Shown in pieces: positions 31,757 through 40,978 of a DNA stretch of 64,000 nucleotides; position 1 is the stretch's first letter, and each line of letters opens with the position of its first letter. Where the stretch lies: contig CAVTTN010000002.1 of NCBI GenBank assembly GCA_963737655.1, positions 3,328,001 to 3,392,000 on the forward strand, written 5' to 3'. The position numbers and the translations under genes are program-made. The notes below the pieces were generated by a model, which saw only the letters and a list, made by a program, of their open reading frames with translations, ran no database searches and was not told the origin of the DNA. Source of the stretch: an uncultured Planctomycetota bacterium. GTDB taxonomy: Bacteria; Planctomycetota; Planctomycetia; Isosphaerales; Isosphaeraceae.

Positions 31757-32321
31757 CCGCGGCCTCCGTCCCTCGGGCGACGGCCTCGAATCCCGGGCCC
31801 TGCTCTCCGCCGTCCATCCTGCCCGGCCTCTCGTGGAACGCGAGAAGATTAGTCTGACCGAGCTCAACGGCTCGGGCGTGACGGGCTCGGGCACGCTCGT
31901 CCTGAAATACACCGGCCCGGGGACGGACCGGCACCTCAAGGCGACCCTCACGCTGAAGGTCTCGGGCCTCGAAGCCGGCCAGGTCCACCCGGTCACGGTC
32001 AACGGGAATCCGGCGTCCGGCAAGCTCGGCCAGATCCCGCCGTCCTCGGCGGCGACGCTCGACCCCTCGGCCGACGGGCTTGGGACCGAGATCATCAGCA
32101 TGAGCGAGGCCGATCCGTACACCGGCCCCGCCCTGGTGAAGCTCGACCCGATCGAGCCGAACCGTCGCGGGGCCCTGCCGAAGACGATCCACCGGACGTT
32201 CTCGGCGATCGACGACCCATCCAACTCGGCATTCCAGGTCCTGGTCGTCTGCGGAGAAACGGTCCAGGGGACGTATCAAACGACCGTCCCGGTGGCCGCC
32301 GTCGTGATCACCAAGGGTTAG
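31743..32321 (+). CDS. Exported beta-rich protein with planctomycete export motif
   Basis: DGLESRALLS motif; LNGSGVTGSGTL...VSGLEAG beta-sandwich pattern. Confidence 0.7.
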   Translation: MNRPDRGLRPSGDGLESRALLSAVHPARPLVEREKISLTELNGSGVTGSGTLVLKYTGPGTDRHLKATLTLKVSGLEAGQVHPVTVNGNPASGKLGQIPPSSAATLDPSADGLGTEIISMSEADPYTGPALVKLDPIEPNRRGALPKTIHRTFSAIDDPSNSAFQVLVVCGETVQGTYQTTVPVAAVVITKG

Positions 32322-33000
32322 GATCGGGACGGTCGGGCGACGCCTCCCGTCTCGCGAGCTGTTCGACCGTGACGAACCGGAGCCCTCGGTCCCTCAAGCG
32401 AGGGACGACCGCCTCGACGGTCCGGACCACGGACCGGCCCGCCTTCCCGCCGTCGTGGAGGGCGATCAGGGAGCCGGGCCGGCTCCGGCGGAGGATCCGG
32501 GCGACAACCGTCGGCGAAGGCTCGGCCCAGTCGGCCGGGAGGACGTCGCACAGGACCGTCCGATAGCCCCATTCGCGCAGACGGGCGATCTGACGCCGAC
32601 GGATCGCCCCGAACGGCGGCCGGACGTCCCGGATCGAGGCTTCGTGGAGGCCGCTCAGGGCGGCGATCCGCGCCCTCACGCTGTCCAGGGCGGCCCTCAA
32701 TTCGGCGTCGGAGCGCCCCCAGAACGGGGCGTGGCAATCGCCGTGAATACCGACCTCATGGCCAGCCGCGACGACCCGCCCGATGGCCTCCGAGCCGAGG
32801 TCGAGGCGGCTTCCCAGCCAGAAGAAGGTCCCGGGGACGTCCAGGCGGTCCAGGGCCTCCACCAGACGAAGGGTGTGCTCGGGATCGGGGCCGTCGTCGA
32901 ACGTGAGAGCGACTTCCGGCGCCGAGCCATCCCCCGCCCAGAAGGCCCCCGGCAGGATCCTCCGAGCGGTCGCGATCAGGAGAGGGCTCGCGTCGAGCAT
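32308..33000 (-). CDS. Polysaccharide deacetylase (CE4/NodB)
   Basis: LTFDDGP, HEVGIHGDCH, RPPFG, DW, IALHDG. Confidence 0.92.
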   Translation of the reverse strand: MLDASPLLIATARRILPGAFWAGDGSAPEVALTFDDGPDPEHTLRLVEALDRLDVPGTFFWLGSRLDLGSEAIGRVVAAGHEVGIHGDCHAPFWGRSDAELRAALDSVRARIAALSGLHEASIRDVRPPFGAIRRRQIARLREWGYRTVLCDVLPADWAEPSPTVVARILRRSRPGSLIALHDGGKAGRSVVRTVEAVVPRLRDRGLRFVTVEQLARREASPDRPDPNPW

Positions 33001-33021
33001 CGGGCCGCCCCCTTCGAAGTC

Positions 33022-33606
33022 TCACGCGAAGATCGCGGTCACGTCCAGGGCGATTCCGGGTAGAACGGCCGATTTCAAACGCTCGCCGGAACGATATTCC
33101 CCGACCGGGCAATATGCCGCGCCCTCCAGGCGGAGGACGCGGATCGCGTTCGCCTCCTGGTCGGCGAAGCAGACCTCCTCGACGGCGATCGAGGCATAAT
33201 CGGCGAGCGAGGATTCGTCCTGACCCGGGGAGAGGACCTCGACGACGAGGTCGGGGGCGATGCGATCCTGGAAGAGGCGGTCGGGGTCGCCGGACGTCTG
33301 GAATCCCGCCTTGCGATCGCTGAAAAACATGACGTCGGGCTGTCGGACCCGGAGTTTCGGCACATCACGGATGACGATATCGGCCGGGCCGGTCAGCACC
33401 AGCCCGAGCCCCAGGTTGTCCACCTGCGATTCCAGGCGAGAGGCGATCCGGAGTTGACGCCTCTGATGGAAATACGTCGGCGCGGGCAAGACCTGGATCA
33501 TTCCGTCCACGACCTCGACATGCCGGTTCGTCACCGGCATGGCCAGGAATTCTTCGTAGGTGACCTCGCCGGTGGTCGTCGTCGGAGTGTCCACGCTTGC
33601 CATCAT
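33022..33606 (-). CDS. Uma2 family endonuclease-fold protein
   Basis: EVVDG, PAP..HQ, RQPDV, PDLVVEVLSP, SAVLPG. Confidence 0.85.
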   Translation of the reverse strand: MMASVDTPTTTTGEVTYEEFLAMPVTNRHVEVVDGMIQVLPAPTYFHQRRQLRIASRLESQVDNLGLGLVLTGPADIVIRDVPKLRVRQPDVMFFSDRKAGFQTSGDPDRLFQDRIAPDLVVEVLSPGQDESSLADYASIAVEEVCFADQEANAIRVLRLEGAAYCPVGEYRSGERLKSAVLPGIALDVTAIFA

Positions 33607-33631
33607 CGGGGTTCCGTCACGATGCGATCGC

Positions 33632-35458
33632 TCAAACCCCCACCTTCTTGCCGCTCCGGTCGGCCTTCTTGCGGCCTTCCTCGCTGAGGACCTTCTTCCT
33701 CAGGCGGATCTTGGTCGGGGTGATCTCGACGAGTTCGTCGCTCTCGATGTATTCGAGGGCGATTTCCAGGGTGATCTGCCGGGGGGGCTTCAGGAGGATG
33801 TTGCGGTCGGAGCCCGAGGCCCTCATGTTCGTGAGCTTCTTTTCCTTGCAGGGGTTGACGTTCATGTCGTCGGCCCGGGCGTTCTCGGCGATGATCATCC
33901 CTTCGTAAATCTCGTCGCCCGGGGCGACGAACATGGTCCCTCTCTGCTGGAGGCTGTCGAGCGAGAAGGCGACGGCCTGGCCGCGGACCATGCTCACCAT
34001 CACGCCGTTCTGCCTCTTGGGGATGTCGCCCCTCACCGGTTGATAATCGTGGAAATTGTGGTGCATGATCGCCTCGCCCTGGGTCCCGCTCATCAGGCGG
34101 TTCTTCAGGCCGAGGAGGCCGCGGGCGGGGATCACGAATTCGAGGTGGGCGTAGGCCCCCTTCACGTCCATCCTCTGCATCTCGCCCCGGCGGGCCCCGA
34201 CCAGCTCCATGACCGGCCCCATCTGCTCGTGGGGGACGTCCACCACGAGGTATTCATACGGCTCGTGCTTGACGCCATTGATGATCTTGACGATGACCTC
34301 GGGCTTGCCGACGGCCAGCTCGTAGCCCTCTCGCCTCATCGACTCGATCAGCACGGAAAGATGCAGGAGGCCCCGCCCCGAGACCATGAACGAGTCGCGG
34401 TCCTCGGTCGGCTCGACCCGGAGGGCCACGTTGGACTGGAGCTCGCGGTCCAGCCGTTCCTGGAGGTGGCGGGACGTGAGGAAGTCTCCCTCGCCGGTCA
34501 GCGGGGAATCATTCACGGTGAACTGCATGCTGAGCGTGGGTTCATCGACCTCGATCCGGGGCAGCGCGATCGGGCTCTCGGCCGAGGCGATCGTGTCGCC
34601 GATATCGACCCCGCCCAGGCCGACGATCGCCACGATGTCCCCGGCCTCGGCCACGTCCACCTCGACCCGCCCGAGCTTCTCGAAGACCATCAGGTTGTCG
34701 ATCGAGCCGTTCTGGATCACCCCCCCGGCCTTGATCAGCGCGGCCCTCTGGCTGCGGCGGACCTGGCCCGAGAGGATCCGGCCGATGGCGATCCGGCCGA
34801 CGTATTCGGAAAAGTCGAGCGTCGTGCAGAGCATCTGCAACGGGCCGTCGGCGTGGACCTCGGGGCCGGGCACCTTCTGCAAGATCAGCTCCAGCAACGG
34901 CTTGATGTCGCCGGAGGTCGCCCTCGGGTCGTGCGACGCGAAGCCGGAGCGGCCCGAGGCGAAGATGTACGGGAAGTCGAGCTGGGCCTCGTCGGCGCCG
35001 AGGTCCACGAACGTATCGAAAATCTCGTTGAGGACCTCGTCGGGCCGGGCGTCGGGCCGGTCGATCTTGTTGATCACCACGATCGGGTGGAGGCCGTTGC
35101 CGAACGCCTTGCGGAGGACGAACTTGGTCTGGGGCATCGGCCCTTCGAAGGCATCGACCAGGACGAGGCAGCCGTCGGCCATCTGCAAGGTCCGCTCGAC
35201 CTCCCCGCCGAAGTCGGCGTGCCCCGGGGTGTCGATGATGTTGATTTTTGTTTCGTTGTAATTGATCGCGATGTTCTTGGCGAGGATGGTGATCCCCCGC
35301 TCCCGTTCCTGGGGGTTGCTGTCGAGGATGCAGTCCCCCTGGAGCTGGCTGGCCCGGAACTGGCCGGACTGGCGGAGCATGGCATCGACCAGGGTGGTCT
35401 TGCCGTGATCGACGTGGGCGATGATCGCCACGTTGCGGATGTCGTTACGTCGGTTCAT
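33632..35458 (-). CDS. typA: Translational GTPase TypA/BipA
   Basis: [62 protein letters not shown]. Confidence 0.97.
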   Translation of the reverse strand: MNRRNDIRNVAIIAHVDHGKTTLVDAMLRQSGQFRASQLQGDCILDSNPQERERGITILAKNIAINYNETKINIIDTPGHADFGGEVERTLQMADGCLVLVDAFEGPMPQTKFVLRKAFGNGLHPIVVINKIDRPDARPDEVLNEIFDTFVDLGADEAQLDFPYIFASGRSGFASHDPRATSGDIKPLLELILQKVPGPEVHADGPLQMLCTTLDFSEYVGRIAIGRILSGQVRRSQRAALIKAGGVIQNGSIDNLMVFEKLGRVEVDVAEAGDIVAIVGLGGVDIGDTIASAESPIALPRIEVDEPTLSMQFTVNDSPLTGEGDFLTSRHLQERLDRELQSNVALRVEPTEDRDSFMVSGRGLLHLSVLIESMRREGYELAVGKPEVIVKIINGVKHEPYEYLVVDVPHEQMGPVMELVGARRGEMQRMDVKGAYAHLEFVIPARGLLGLKNRLMSGTQGEAIMHHNFHDYQPVRGDIPKRQNGVMVSMVRGQAVAFSLDSLQQRGTMFVAPGDEIYEGMIIAENARADDMNVNPCKEKKLTNMRASGSDRNILLKPPRQITLEIALEYIESDELVEITPTKIRLRKKVLSEEGRKKADRSGKKVGV

Positions 35459-35648
35459 GATAGGGATCTGTCCGCCGAGGGACGGGCGGGCCGGGTGGGT
35501 ACGGAGCGCGGAGGAGAGGGCGGCCAGGCATCCGAGCCGGGCCGAATATTCTAGCGCGTTCGGTCCGTTCCGGCAAGGCCGAATCCGGCCGTAAGCGGCG
35601 AACCGACGTGAAGTTGGGATGAACGCGGCAAGTCCGGCCATCGATCGA

Positions 35649-36308
35649 TCAGCGAATGGCCGCGCCCGCCCTGGCAAGGAACTGGACCACGAACAGCGCC
35701 ACGCCGAGCAGGAGGAATCCGATCACCTTCATCGCGGTCGGACCGGCCGAGGCGAAGCCCGGCGTCCCCCGGATCACCCCGCGGTATCGCTGGGTGCAGA
35801 CTTCCCTGGAACCCGGACGATTCAGGAGGACCGCCAGGAAAAGGGTATAGGCGACCGTCGAGACCGAGCCGACCAGCGATCCGGCCGTTGCCGACCCGGG
35901 ACTCAGGATCAGGAGCAGGGCACCGAGGACCAGAGTGAGCCCGGCTCCGACCGCACACAGGAGCTGCGAAACCGCCCGAGCCCAGCCCTGAAACATCATC
36001 AGGGGGACGTTGAGGGCCAGGCTAAACCCGCCCATCAGCACGAAAAAGACGCCGGGCCCCGACGTCCGGGCGTCTCCGAGGGAGATCAGGAACACGCCGC
36101 AGGCCACCAACACGGCCCCGTACAGGGACTGCGAGATCCCCAGGGCCCGGATCGTGGTCTCCGACGAAAGGAGGCGGTGCCGGTCCTCAATGCCGAAGCG
36201 ACCGGTTGATTCCGGACCGATCTCGATCTGGGCTCCAGGCGGGCTGTACGGGTTGGACGAAAGGAAGGGATCCCGAAATTCCCGAGACGGAGGCGCGTCG
36301 TCGGACAT
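35649..36308 (-). CDS. Membrane protein with NPY motif (paralog of 36448-37065)
   Basis: NPYSPP, ETTIRALG, WAR, VCTQRYRGVIRGTP. Confidence 0.7.
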   Translation of the reverse strand: MSDDAPPSREFRDPFLSSNPYSPPGAQIEIGPESTGRFGIEDRHRLLSSETTIRALGISQSLYGAVLVACGVFLISLGDARTSGPGVFFVLMGGFSLALNVPLMMFQGWARAVSQLLCAVGAGLTLVLGALLLILSPGSATAGSLVGSVSTVAYTLFLAVLLNRPGSREVCTQRYRGVIRGTPGFASAGPTAMKVIGFLLLGVALFVVQFLARAGAAIR

Positions 36309-36447
36309 GGGTGGCTCCGTCGCCGAGAAGGAGGAGGAGGCCCGCAAGCTGGGGCCCTTCCCACAAATTTACGGGACCGAAGGATGTCGTTCCGTGAAAT
36401 TCATCAGGGCAGACTGTTTTCTGGGTCGACGCGACGGCTCCGATGGG

Positions 36448-37065
36448 TCAGTTCGAGGCCAATCGTCGGAGGAGGGTGAGCCCGAACGCCAGACCGAAGA
36501 ACCCGAGGGTCTTCAGCACGACCCCGCCGGCAATCGGGAAATCGGGGGTGGCCCGCACCACGGCCCGATGGCTCGGAGAACAGACCGAGCGGGCCCCTCG
36601 GCCCTTCAGCAGGGCGAACAGGAAGATCATGAACGCGGACGTGGTGATTGGCTGGAGGAAGGCTCCCGGAGCGGGCATCCGTTGATACATCGAGATCAGC
36701 AGGAGGAGCACCGCCACGCAGCCCACCGCCGCGATCAGGGTTAGCCCCATCATGAGGACCCTCGCCCAGTTGTGGAGGAAAATCAGCCCCAGGTTGACTG
36801 ACACCGTGCCGATCCCCACGAGCAGGGCGAGGATCGGGCCCATCGCCCTGGGCCTCGCCGGGCCCGCGAAGTACAGGCCCATCAAGGCGATGAAGGTCCC
36901 GGAGAGGACCTGGGTGATCCCCAGGGCGCGGAGCGTCGTCTCCGGGCCGATCAAGACCGCACGCGCGGCTTCCGCGCCTTCCGGGGCCGGGTCGATCGCG
37001 GCCGGTCCCGGAAGCGCGGTCGGGGCCTCGTACGGATTGAGCGGAACGGGCGACGGGCCGGACAT
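36448..37065 (-). CDS. Membrane protein with NPY motif (paralog of 35649-36308)
   Basis: NPYEAP, ETTLRALG, WAR, VCSPSHRAVVRATP. Confidence 0.7.
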   Translation of the reverse strand: MSGPSPVPLNPYEAPTALPGPAAIDPAPEGAEAARAVLIGPETTLRALGITQVLSGTFIALMGLYFAGPARPRAMGPILALLVGIGTVSVNLGLIFLHNWARVLMMGLTLIAAVGCVAVLLLLISMYQRMPAPGAFLQPITTSAFMIFLFALLKGRGARSVCSPSHRAVVRATPDFPIAGGVVLKTLGFFGLAFGLTLLRRLASN

Positions 37066-37649
37066 GGCGAGGTTCCAGGATGAGGACGCGAACGGGCCGC
37101 TCGCGGGACGGCCGCGACCCCGAGAATAGGCTACGGCCGCACCCCGGGCCACGAAAAACTCGGCCGGCGCCCGAGATGGGCCGAACCTTGCCGACGGAAA
37201 GCATACCGGGATCATCGGGACCGCCCCCCCTCGCCGATCACCCCGTCTCCCCGGCTCGCCTTGATTCGGCGGCGCAACGCCCCCCGCGAGCGCCCGCCGA
37301 ACTGTCCCGTAATTCGTCCCGAACCGGGTCCTTGGCCCTCGCGATGACCCCGACGCAACGCGTTGCTGATACATCCTTTGGGTTGAATGAAGCAAAATCT
37401 GCAAACATGGGAAGAACTACTCTTGCACGACCGAGTGGCATCGCGAAAACCCTGGAATTTAAGCCCTTTTCGCGATTTTCGGCGAAAATGTGTAGTCAAG
37501 TTATTTGAAAAAAGCTTTCGCTGGTATGTGGAAACCAAAATTTCGAAGAATGTGTAGATTTGATTCGTATTGATAGGCGGCAATGGATTGGATCCCCGAC
37601 TCCAGGCGGCGAGGTAAACAGGCGATCAGAGGACGCGGACTCGCTCGCG

Positions 37650-37677
37650 TTGACAGCCCCGGGTCCGCCGATATAGT
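37650..37677 (+). promoter_or_regulatory. Putative sigma70 promoter of the glycosyltransferase operon
   Basis: TTGACA (37650-37655), 16 bp, TATAGT (37672-37677); GGAGG RBS before ATG 37721. Confidence 0.7.
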
Positions 37678-37720
37678 GTCCGGCCGATGGGGACCGACCC
37701 TGGGCACGGAGGCCGTCGTC

Positions 37721-38077
37721 ATGATCGCGGAGGATCGCGCGCACCGGGCGCCGACGCTGGCCTCGGCCGTGAAGCAGGACGAGGCGATCCGGCTCTGGGT
37801 CCGCGACCTGGCCGACGCCTCGGCCGCGACCGGCTCGGTGGCCGAGACCGTCCGCCGCCTCCTGGAACATGGCGACTACTGGGAGCGCGTCCAGAGGGGG
37901 CGTCTGCAGACGCTCAAACGCGCGATGGCGCGTCTGATGCAGCCGTTCTTCCGGCCCCAGGTCCGCTACAACCGGATGGTCGCCGAGCACCTCGGCCGGA
38001 TCGAGGTCGCCCTGGACGAGGTCCGTCGCGAGGTCGAGGCACTGCGCGACGCGATCGAAGCGAAGGACTCGCCATGA
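37721..38077 (+). CDS. Small amphipathic/coiled-coil protein
   Basis: LKRAMARLMQPFFRPQVRYN then heptads; ATGA overlap with the downstream GT. Confidence 0.7.
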   Translation: MIAEDRAHRAPTLASAVKQDEAIRLWVRDLADASAATGSVAETVRRLLEHGDYWERVQRGRLQTLKRAMARLMQPFFRPQVRYNRMVAEHLGRIEVALDEVRREVEALRDAIEAKDSP

Positions 38078-40344
38078 CGACCCGTTCCGAGCACCACCGC
38101 CCGCCCGTCTCGGTGATCGTGAGCACCGCGAACCGCGCCGCCGGACACGTCCGCCGCCTGCTGGACCGGCTCCGGGAGCAGCCGTATCGGCCGCTGGAGG
38201 TCGTCCTCGTCGTCGGCCCCGGGCCCGAGGACATGCGGGCCTTCGCCGAGTCGCTTCCCGACGTGAAGGTGCGTTTCATCGAGGATCTGAACCTCGCGAA
38301 GTCCCGGAACGTCGGGATCGGGATGGCCTCGGGCGGGATCCTCGCGTTCATCGACGATGACGCCGTCCCGAGCCTCCTGTGGCTCGACGAGCTGGTCGAG
38401 GCCTTCGAGATCGAGGGGCCGTCGTGCGTGGGAGTGGGCGGGGCGACGATCCATGCCGATGCGTATCCCGGCCCGGTGGTCCAGAATCGCAACGCGTTGC
38501 TTCATGAGCGCGGATATACCCACGAATGCGTTCGGCTGGAGCCGGGCGAGGAGAACGGCCCCGAGGGCCCGGTCTTCAACCGGCTCCACGGCTGCAACAT
38601 GGCCTTTCGCCGCGAGGCGATCGAGGCCGAGGGCGGGTTCGACGAGTCGTTCCGCTACCAGCACGAGGAGACGGACCTCTGCGTCCGGTTGATCCGCCGA
38701 GGTGGCCGGATCGTCCACCACCCCCGGGCGCTCGTCGATCACTTCCCCGCCCGCAGCCACTTCCGCCGGGATGCGTATGATGTTAGTTACGAAAACATCC
38801 TGCGTAGTTACACTTATTTTGCGCTGAAACATGCCCGGGGATCGTTCGCCTCGATCGCCGCGCGATCGTTCCGGGACCACCTGCCGTACTGGAAACGGTT
38901 CGCGCTGTGGACGCTGGCGCTCCAGATCTCGCCGTGGAGGGCGGCGAAATTCGTGGGGAACTGGATGTCTGGATATGTTCAGGGGCTGCGATTGGGACGG
39001 GACTTCCGAAGGGGGCGGCTCGCCCCGAAGCCCCTCTCGGCGGCCCCGGCACGCGAGTTCCGACCGATCGCAACGCCTCCCTCGTGGTCGCCGACGGCCC
39101 AGGATCGGGGCCGCCCCCTGAGGATCGCGATCCTCTGCGCCGAGCTGGGCGGGCCGTCTCCCGGAGGGGTTGCGGTGTATACCGAGCATCTCGCGGAGGG
39201 CCTGGCGAGGCGAGGTCACGAGGTCATCGTCCTGCGATCGGGCTACGGGCCGGGCGAGGCGAAACCCGAGGGATATCGCGTGGTGGGCGTCCCTCCCGAG
39301 GTGGATCGGCCCCATTCCGTGACGGTCCTGCGTCACCTGATGGCCCTGTCGGCGAGCCGGCCGTTCGACGTGGTCGAGGCCCCGCTGTGGGGCGGCGAGG
39401 GGGCGGCCGTCGGCCTCTCGGGCTTCGCCCCGTTGGTGGTCCGGCTGGAGACCCCCCTGGAGGTGATCCGCCAGATTTCCGGCCTGCCGCTCTCGGCCGA
39501 GATGGTCCAGGCCGTGGCCGGCGAACGCCTCGGTTTGAGCTATGCGGCCGGGGTGATCTCGATCAGCCGGGCGATTGCCGAGACGGTGGAATCGGTCTAC
39601 GAGGCGAGGCTGGCCACGCTGGCCAGGCGGGCGAGGGTGATCCCGATCGGCCTGCCGGATGCGGTCCGGCACCACGTCTCCGAGCCTCCCGACCCCGACG
39701 GGTTCCGCCTGCTCTACGTCGGCCGTCTGGAGGCGCGCAAGGGCATCCTGGAACTCGGCCGGGCGTTCGCCGAGGCGTCGAGGAGCGTGCCCGACCTGAG
39801 GCTCTGGATCGCCGGGGCCGACAACAGCGGCTCCGATGGCCATCGGGCGCGAACCGGCGTGAGCTATGAACAATCGCTCCGAGAACTCTGGGGACCCGAG
39901 CTCTCGAGACGCGTCCGGTTCCTCGGCCGGGTCCGCGACGACGAGAAGGACTCGCTCCTCACGCACTGCGACGCCTTCGTCGCGCCGTCGCTGTACGAGT
40001 CGTTCGGGATCGTGTTCCTCGAAGCGATGAGGCGGGGCAAGCCGACGATCGGGACGAGGGTCGGAGGCATCCCGGAGATCGTCCTCGACGGCCGGACCGG
40101 CCTGCTCGTCGAACCCGGCAACGCCTCGGACCTCGCGCGGGCGATGATCGCGATGGCGACCGACGTCTCGGCCGGGACCCGGATGGGCGAAGCCGGCCGA
40201 GAGCGCTTCCTCGCCGAATTCTCGATCGAGGAATTCGCCCGGAGAAGCGAGGCGTTCTACCGCGAGGTGATCGACCACTGGCGAGGCTCGCGGTTTTTCG
40301 AGATCGCGGCGCCCTCGACGACCGAAGCTTCGGAGGCGGCCTGA
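38074..40344 (+). CDS. GT2 + GT4 fusion glycosyltransferase
   Basis: VSVIVST, SRNVG, FIDDDA, GCNMAFRR, GGFDE, EETDLC; then YVGRLEARKG, PSLYESFGIVFLEAM, GGIPE. Confidence 0.92.
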   Translation: MTTRSEHHRPPVSVIVSTANRAAGHVRRLLDRLREQPYRPLEVVLVVGPGPEDMRAFAESLPDVKVRFIEDLNLAKSRNVGIGMASGGILAFIDDDAVPSLLWLDELVEAFEIEGPSCVGVGGATIHADAYPGPVVQNRNALLHERGYTHECVRLEPGEENGPEGPVFNRLHGCNMAFRREAIEAEGGFDESFRYQHEETDLCVRLIRRGGRIVHHPRALVDHFPARSHFRRDAYDVSYENILRSYTYFALKHARGSFASIAARSFRDHLPYWKRFALWTLALQISPWRAAKFVGNWMSGYVQGLRLGRDFRRGRLAPKPLSAAPAREFRPIATPPSWSPTAQDRGRPLRIAILCAELGGPSPGGVAVYTEHLAEGLARRGHEVIVLRSGYGPGEAKPEGYRVVGVPPEVDRPHSVTVLRHLMALSASRPFDVVEAPLWGGEGAAVGLSGFAPLVVRLETPLEVIRQISGLPLSAEMVQAVAGERLGLSYAAGVISISRAIAETVESVYEARLATLARRARVIPIGLPDAVRHHVSEPPDPDGFRLLYVGRLEARKGILELGRAFAEASRSVPDLRLWIAGADNSGSDGHRARTGVSYEQSLRELWGPELSRRVRFLGRVRDDEKDSLLTHCDAFVAPSLYESFGIVFLEAMRRGKPTIGTRVGGIPEIVLDGRTGLLVEPGNASDLARAMIAMATDVSAGTRMGEAGRERFLAEFSIEEFARRSEAFYREVIDHWRGSRFFEIAAPSTTEASEAA

Positions 40345-40349
40345 CGACT

Positions 40350-40490
40350 TGCGCAGCGGAAAACCCCGTTGAGAATGAGGAAACGAGTCGGTCCGACTTC
40401 AGTCGGGCCTACGAAACAAGGGATCGTTATAGGCCCGACTGAAGTCGGACCGACTCGAATCGATGCTTCGAAGGGTTTTTCTACAGAGCA
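40350..40490. mobile_element. 141-bp MITE-like element, copy 2, with internal REP-like doublet
   Basis: 9-bp direct repeat CTGACGACT at 40341-40349 and 40491-40499; perfect internal 28-bp IR at 40384-40411 / 40430-40457; same length and right end (CAGAGCA) as copy 1. Confidence 0.85.
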
Positions 40491-40531
40491 CTGACGACTC
40501 CTGTTCGGGAAACTCGGCGACCTCGAATTCT

Positions 40532-40592
40532 GTAGGGCAGGCCTCGGCCTGCCGAGTCCGGGCCGGTGACGGCAGGCCGAGGCCTGCCCTAC
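40532..40592. repeat. GTAG-type REP doublet, copy 2
   Basis: GTAGGGCAGGCCTCGGCCTGCCG ... CGGCAGGCCGAGGCCTGCCCTAC, a perfect IR between convergent genes. Confidence 0.9.
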
Positions 40593-40978
40593 GAAAGATC
40601 CTGCGGGGTATGATCCGACGATCTGACCCGATCGCCAGACAACCCATCGAGCCGCCACGCCAGCTCCTCGCCCTGGAGCTGGAGCCTCATCAGGTCGCGG
40701 AGGGCGCTCTGGACCATCGGGTTCAGCTCTCGGAGGAGGTCGCAGTCGGCGAGGATGTCCCGGAGCGTCTCGTTGTGGGTGCGGAAGTCGCGGAGGACGT
40801 CGGGCGCGAGGTTGATGTCGAGGATCGTGTCGAGCTTCTCGTGAAGTGACTTCAATTCGTCGCGGACCGGTTCGAGCCTCGCGTCGATCAGGCCGGCAAG
40901 CTTGGATTTGATCAAACGCTCGACCGGATCGACGACGATTCGGACCGGGGCCGTGAGCCACCGTTTCAGCCAGGGCAT
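40589..40978 (-). CDS. Small amphipathic/coiled-coil protein
   Basis: WLKRWLTAPVR amphipathic start; SALRDLMRLQ resembles FVVRELVRLQ of 47748-48047; overlaps the GT4 stop. Confidence 0.7.
   Translation of the reverse strand: MPWLKRWLTAPVRIVVDPVERLIKSKLAGLIDARLEPVRDELKSLHEKLDTILDINLAPDVLRDFRTHNETLRDILADCDLLRELNPMVQSALRDLMRLQLQGEELAWRLDGLSGDRVRSSDHTPQDLS

Noticed and set aside
37365..37590. Possible oriC or dif site, given the AT-rich patch and yidC/mnmE in the window
   Set aside because: No good TTATCCACA boxes, no dif consensus, and no dnaA/dnaN nearby.
38770..38830. AT-rich patch inside the GT2-GT4 gene with TAGTTAC twice
   Set aside because: The frame stays open and encodes a Tyr-rich segment; too short to support an insertion or internal promoter.
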